Assembly (NCBI RefSeq): GCF_006345805.1
Contig: NW_021826598.1
Location: forward strand, 1 to 12,279
DNA length: 12,279 bases
Origin: Octopus sinensis
Taxonomy: Eukaryota
Direction of reading: 5' to 3'
The notes beneath the pieces were generated by a model. It was given only the letters and a program-made list of their open reading frames with translations, was not told where the DNA came from and made no database searches. Positions 7,907-12,279 of this stretch are shown piece after piece (position 1 is the first letter of the stretch; the number at the start of each line of letters is the position of its first letter). The translations under genes and the position numbers were made by a program.

Positions 7907-7960
<54 letters not shown>

Positions 7961-8107
7961 GTTATATGTGTGTGGGTGTGTGGGTGTTTGTTCTTTGATA
8001 ACTTGACAACCGGTAATGGTTTGTTTACTTCCCCGTGTAGCAGACTTATAACTAAGAACTGAGGGCGGTTAGACTACTAAACTCCTCAAGACACGGTCCC
8101 AGCATGG
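7765..8107 (+). mobile_element. Diverged family C SINE with internal (CA)n(TA)n
   Basis: CACCTTGAGCAAGTGTTTTCTCCTATAG, GGGCCGACCAA, GGATTTGGCAGACAGAAACTG, microsatellite, CTTGACAACCGG...TGTTTACTTCCCCGT, CCAGCATGG. Confidence 0.75.
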
Positions 8108-8327
8108 GTAATTGGGTCATATTCCAAGATTGATTCACGGTTGAGGATTTCAATTTCAGGAAGCATGAATTGCCATCCTGCTGGTTTCCACGGGCCATTC
8201 TGATCAATTCCAAAATAAAAAAAATAACCAATATTTATGTTGATTTACGTATCTCCCTTTACTAGTTATCTCCCCCTTAATTTTTATTTACTTTTTTAAT
8301 ATCACTAAACTGAGCAATTACCGGACT

Positions 8328-8637
8328 AAAGACACAGTCGACCATGACGGAATTCGAACGCAGAGAGTAAAGACGGACGAAATGCCACTAAGCATTTTCC
8401 CTGGCGCCTTTATACAATAATATCGGTTTCAGATTTTGACACAAGGCCAGCAATTTCAGGGGACGTGGTAAGTCGATTACATAAACCCCAGTACTCAACT
8501 CGTACTTATTTTATCGACCCCGAAAAGATGAAAGGCAAAGTCGACACCGGCGGAATTTGAACTCAGAACATAAAAACGGACGAAATCCCGATAAGTATTT
8601 TCCCGGCGTGTTAACGATTTTGGCAGCTCGCCACCTT
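8328..8637 (-). mobile_element. Family B SINE (older tail) 8417-8637 plus a second head fragment 8328-8410
   Basis: Reverse complement AAGGTGGCGAGCTGCCAAAATCGTTAACACGCCGGG...TTCTGAGTTCAAATTCCGCC...GGCCTTGTGTCAAAATCTGAAACC. Confidence 0.85.
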
Positions 8638-8728
8638 GTGGAGATATAAATATCATAAATAAATACATTCTCTAACGATGAAATTAATTAAAAACTTAAG
8701 AACCAATCATCTTAGGTGTTTCGACATC

Positions 8729-8792
8729 TATGAATGACACACCTGATGACGATGGGAGATGAAGCTTATCGAAATGCATTGTACAATTCATA
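8729..8792 (+). ncRNA. Weaker minimal type I hammerhead-like motif
   Basis: CTGATGA(8743-8749), extra C, stem II GATGGG/CTTATC, GAAA(8771-8774), palindromic stem III ATGCAT, AUU triplet; stem I is AC/GT plus an internal loop plus TATGAAT/ATTCATA (7 bp). Confidence 0.38.
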
Positions 8793-9039
8793 ATCTTATT
8801 TTGTGAAGGGAACGAATTATATGGAAATGGCAGCGAGTCAAGGTGAAGTAAATTGCGACGGCGGTAAAACCAACAAGGAAATTCATCAGGAGACATTTCA
8901 ATGCCAGATCTGTCAATGTCAGCATCTTCCCAGTCATCACAAATTGGCCTTCACTATTATAGCCATCGGAGATTACAGACACAACAAGAATATTAGACGC
9001 CTTCCTTGAGAAGTCTGCTCGGCTGCCAAGTGTGAGTAT

Positions 9040-9120
9040 CAGCAGCAGCGAGGACAGTAGCGGTAGTAAGAGTGGCGGTAATAGGTATATGAACAATAGC
9101 AGCGACAGCAGCAGCAGCAA

Positions 9121-9203
<83 letters not shown>

Positions 9204-9617
9204 AGAGTAGTCGTGGTAGTTATATGGCCAGAAGCAGCAGCAGCAACAGCAGCAGTGACAACAGTAGCAGCAGCAGTGGCAGTAGCAGCAGTGGCAGTAA
9301 CAGTTGTAGTAGCAGCAGTTGCAGTGGAAGCAGCAGCAGCAGCAACAGCAGTGGCAGAAGAAGCAGTTGTAGTAGTAGTAGCAGCAGCAGTTGCAGATGC
9401 AGCAGCAGCAGCAGCAAAAGTAGCCGTGGTAGTTAATGGCCAGTAGTAGCAGCAGCAGTGGCAGCAGCAGTAGCAGCAACAGTAGCAGCAACAGTAGCAG
9501 CAGCAGTGGCAGTGGTAGCAGCAGCAGTGGCAGCAGCAGAAGTAGCAACAGCAGCAGCAGCAGTAGCAGTAGTAGAAGCAGTAACAAGAGCATTAACACT
9601 AGCAGCAACAACAACAA
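9040..9617. repeat. Long degenerate (CAG/CAA/TAG)n microsatellite with higher-order duplication
   Basis: Directly visible; explains the poly-S/L/C/A ORFs. A non-repetitive spacer motif recurs at 9203-9231 and 9416-9443, and more weakly at 9068-9091. Confidence 0.92.
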
Positions 9618-10134
9618 TGGAGGCGCAATGGCCCAGTGGTTAGAGCAGCGGACTCGCGGTCGTAAGAGCGCGGTTTCGATTCCCAGACCGGGCATTGTGA
9701 GTGTTTATTGAGCAAAAACACCTAAGCTCCACGTGGCTCCGGCAGGGGGTGGTGGCAACCCCTGTTGTACTCTTTCACCTCAACTTTCTCTCACTCTTTC
9801 TTCCTACTTCTGCCACAAAGCAGAGGAACCATGGGGGTAAACTTTCAGACCCTAGTCTAGATTGCGAATCCTCTGTACCCCAAGATGGTTCAGCTCTCCA
9901 CCCGTTAAAAGCCACCGTTTACGGAATGAGGATAACAACGTAGCTTTCGCACCCGTGCAACCGCCAGTCTATCGCGTGTGGTGGGTGGATCTTCAAGTTG
10001 CCACACGCATTCTTTAGTAGCTTAGAGTAGGCTCGAATTAGAGATTATTCTTTGTGGCTAATGACGAGAGTCCTGATTGGAAGAAGAAGAAGAAGAAGAA
10101 GAAGAAGAAGAAGAAGAAGAAGAAGAAGAAGAAG
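9618..10134 (+). mobile_element. SINE family A, tail type 2, ending in (GAA)n
   Basis: Head and core 9619-9812 match the other family A copies (A box 9629-9639, B box 9672-9684); unrelated structured segment 9813-10079; (GAA)n 10080-10134; ACAACAACAA on both flanks as a possible TSD. Confidence 0.8.
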
Positions 10135-10206
10135 ACAACAACAACATCAGTAACAGCAATAGCAACTACAGGAGCAGCAGTGGCAACGGTAGCAACAGCA
10201 GCAGCA

Positions 10207-10575
10207 GGAGGCACAATGGCCCAGTGGTTAGGGCAGCGGACTTGCTGTCGGAGGATCGCGGTTTCGATTACCAGACCGGGCGTTGTGTGTGTTTATTGAG
10301 CGAAAACATCTAGTGCTCCACGAGGCTCCGGCAGGGAGTGGTGGCGACCCCTGTTGTACTCTTTCGCTCCAACTTTCTCTCGTTCTTTCTTCCTGTTTCT
10401 TGTCCCCGACCTCCTACGCAACAGCTGAGCCTGGATGCCCATTCATCCATCCGTCGATGCTCTCCGTGTCGGGGGTTGACCTGCTTTCTCTTCTGCGGGT
10501 CTTACGAATAGCAAAGGACCACGTTTCGGACTTCTCCCATCTTGCGAGCTCTGGGACGAAGACCGTTCGCTCAAC
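10207..10575 (+). mobile_element. SINE family A, tail type 3
   Basis: Head and core 10207-10400 match family A; distinct GC-rich tail 10403-10572; flanked by AGCAACAGCAGCAGCA (10191-10206, 10576-10591), a low-complexity possible TSD. Confidence 0.8.
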
Positions 10576-10576
10576 A

Positions 10577-10609
<33 letters not shown>

Positions 10610-10827
10610 AAACTAACGACAGCAGCAGTAGTAGTAACAGTACCGGTTCAATGCTGATTGATCTGGTGGGTATCGATCCGTAAACCACGTCTCCATCACT
10701 TATAATCCTAAAACTGAGCCAATGAAGGAGCCTCTATGTGGACGCACGACAGACTAGAAATGGAAGCCAAATCTCATTTAAATCCTTTCCAGCTGTTAAC
10801 CATTTAAACCCGGAAAGCGGATATCAT

Positions 10828-11030
10828 TTCTCTTATTTGTTTCGGTCGTTGAACTGTGGCCATGCTGGTGCACCGCCTTGGAGGGTTTAGCAGTCGAACA
10901 AATTGATCCCTATACTTTTTAAATTCTGGTATTTATAATTTGAGTCTCTTTTGCTGAACTGCTAGGGTGACAGGGACGTAAACAAACCAACACCCCGGTT
11001 GACAAGCAGTGATAATGACAAATACGTTCT

Positions 11031-11068
<38 letters not shown>
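10828..11068 (-). mobile_element. 3' half of a diverged family C SINE with (GT)n
   Basis: Reverse complement contains CTTGTCAACCGG...TGTTTACGTCCC...GCAGTTCAGCAAAAGAGAC...AAGGCGGTGCACCAGCATGGCCACAGTTCAACGACCGAAACAAATAAGAG. Confidence 0.8.
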
Positions 11069-11071
<3 letters not shown>

Positions 11072-11230
11072 ACGCACCTCTACATGTATATATTTCGTGT
11101 TACTCTGAGAAGCGAATTACGGTACCAGAATTTTTGACTCGAGTCAAATACAACAGACTACTGCGAGTCGTTGCTAGAGTATCCACGTAAGCGGAGTCTG
11201 GACCGGCCTGTTTGTACCAGCATCGAGTCG

Positions 11231-11469
11231 TATAAGTTGCAATAATGAAGTCAAACCAAATAGTAACGCTTTGAAGTCATTTGATATATATGTTTCCGGT
11301 CTGCGCAATATATAATCCGAAAATGCATCCACTGCACAAGACCTTCTTGAATTAAAGCATTGAGTAAGGCCTTGCATAATGGATGCATTTCAATTATATA
11401 TTGCAGACTTGAAACGTGCGTATTAAAGGATTTCAAAAAGCCGCTAATTGGTTTAACTTCATTATTACA

Positions 11470-11477
<8 letters not shown>
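11231..11477. repeat. ~245-bp imperfect fold-back palindrome
   Basis: Left arm tataagttgcaataatgaagtcaaacca...aatgcatcca...caagacctt pairs with right arm aaggccttg...tggatgcatt...tggtttaacttcattattacaactttata; ~20-nt central loop near 11346-11365. Confidence 0.9.
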
Positions 11478-11518
<41 letters not shown>

Positions 11519-11520
<2 letters not shown>

Positions 11521-11660
11521 CCAACCGCAACGCATGGCTCCCGTTTCATTTTTGTTACCGCGTGGCACCTTGGGCAAGTGTCTTCTACTATAGCATCGGG
11601 CTGGCCAAAGCCTTGTAAGTGGATTTGGTAGACGGAAACTGAAAGAAGCCTGTCACGCAC

Positions 11661-11691
<31 letters not shown>

Positions 11692-12235
11692 TATATTTCT
11701 TTACTACCCACAAGGGGCTAAACACAGAGGGGATAAACAAGGACAGACAAACGGATTAAGTCGATTATATCGACCCCAGTGCGTAACTGGTACTTAATTT
11801 ATCGACCCCGAAAGGATGAAAGGCAAAGTCGACCTCGGCGGAATTTGAACTCAGAACATAACGGCAGACGAAATACGGCTACGCATTTCGCCCGGCGTGC
11901 TAACGTTTCTGCCAGCTCGCCGCCTTACAATATATGTATGTATTCATGCATGTATGCTTATATAGTGTGTATGTGTGTGTGCGTGTGTGCATGTGTGCGT
12001 GTGTGTGCATGTGTGCGTGTGTGTGTATGCTTGTGTGTCAGTGTTTGTCCTCCTACCATCCCTTGACAACCGAAATTAGTGTGTTTACGTCCTCGTAACT
12101 TAGCAGTTCGGCAAAAGTGACCGATAGGCTTACAAAGAATAATTCCTGGGGGGGGGGATGCGATTTGTTCGACGAATGGCGGCGCTCCAGCCAGCATGGC
12201 TGCGGTCAAATGACCGAAACAGATAAAAAGAATAA
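11519..12235 (+). mobile_element. Family C SINE (5' part ~11519-11655, 3' part ~12040-12235) interrupted by a family B SINE
   Basis: CGCGTGGCACCTTGGGCAAGTGTCTTCTACTATAG identical to the 4526-4560 segment; 3' part CTTGACAACCG...GTTCGGCAAAAG...CCAGCATGGCTGCGGTCAAATGACCGAAAC. Confidence 0.85.
11695..11926 (-). mobile_element. Full-length monomeric family B SINE nested in the (TA)n of family C
   Basis: Reverse complement closely matches 5981-6213 from AAGGCGGCGAGCTGGCAGAAACG to GTAGTAAAGAAAT(AT)n. Confidence 0.93.
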
Positions 12236-12279
12236 TAAACAAAGTGTGAAACAAAACAAAACAAAAAAAATGAAAAAGA

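Noticed and set aside
7106-7946. Long ORFs up to 253 aa (poly-E/K, poly-F/S)
   Set aside because: Open only because (GAA)n lacks stops in several frames; one end runs into a SINE.
9619-9692. tRNA gene-like sequence (also at 1719, 3597, 10207)
   Set aside because: A and B boxes are present, but each copy continues into a shared SINE body and lacks a clean acceptor stem and oligo-T terminator.
9032-9711. Poly-Ser/Leu/Cys/Ala ORFs suggesting a repetitive protein
   Set aside because: CAG-type microsatellite open in many frames on both strands, interrupted by SINE insertions and frame-breaking spacers.

Overview
Repeat-dense, essentially non-coding eukaryotic (animal) DNA. The microsatellite load and the tRNA-derived SINE families resemble an octopus/coleoid cephalopod genome (recognition from memory, not a database result). 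I can support no intact protein-coding gene; nearly all listed ORFs are translations of microsatellites or SINEs. The window is a nest of mobile elements: three SINE families (labelled A, B, C here) with swapped 3' tails, a 4-unit SINE-derived tandem array, a 513-bp TA-flanked pogo/Tc1-mariner-type MITE, a decayed Tigger/pogo transposase, a non-autonomous Helitron nested in a SINE microsatellite, and two long fold-back palindromes. The best candidate for an unannotated system is the 824-1084 palindrome. Each arm carries a minimal type I hammerhead-ribozyme-like fold: the right arm has the compensatory U3-A8 core variant and the left has a compensatory indel in stem II. This is consistent with an inverted Penelope-like pseudo-LTR or retrozyme. 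A weaker hammerhead candidate lies at 8729-8792.
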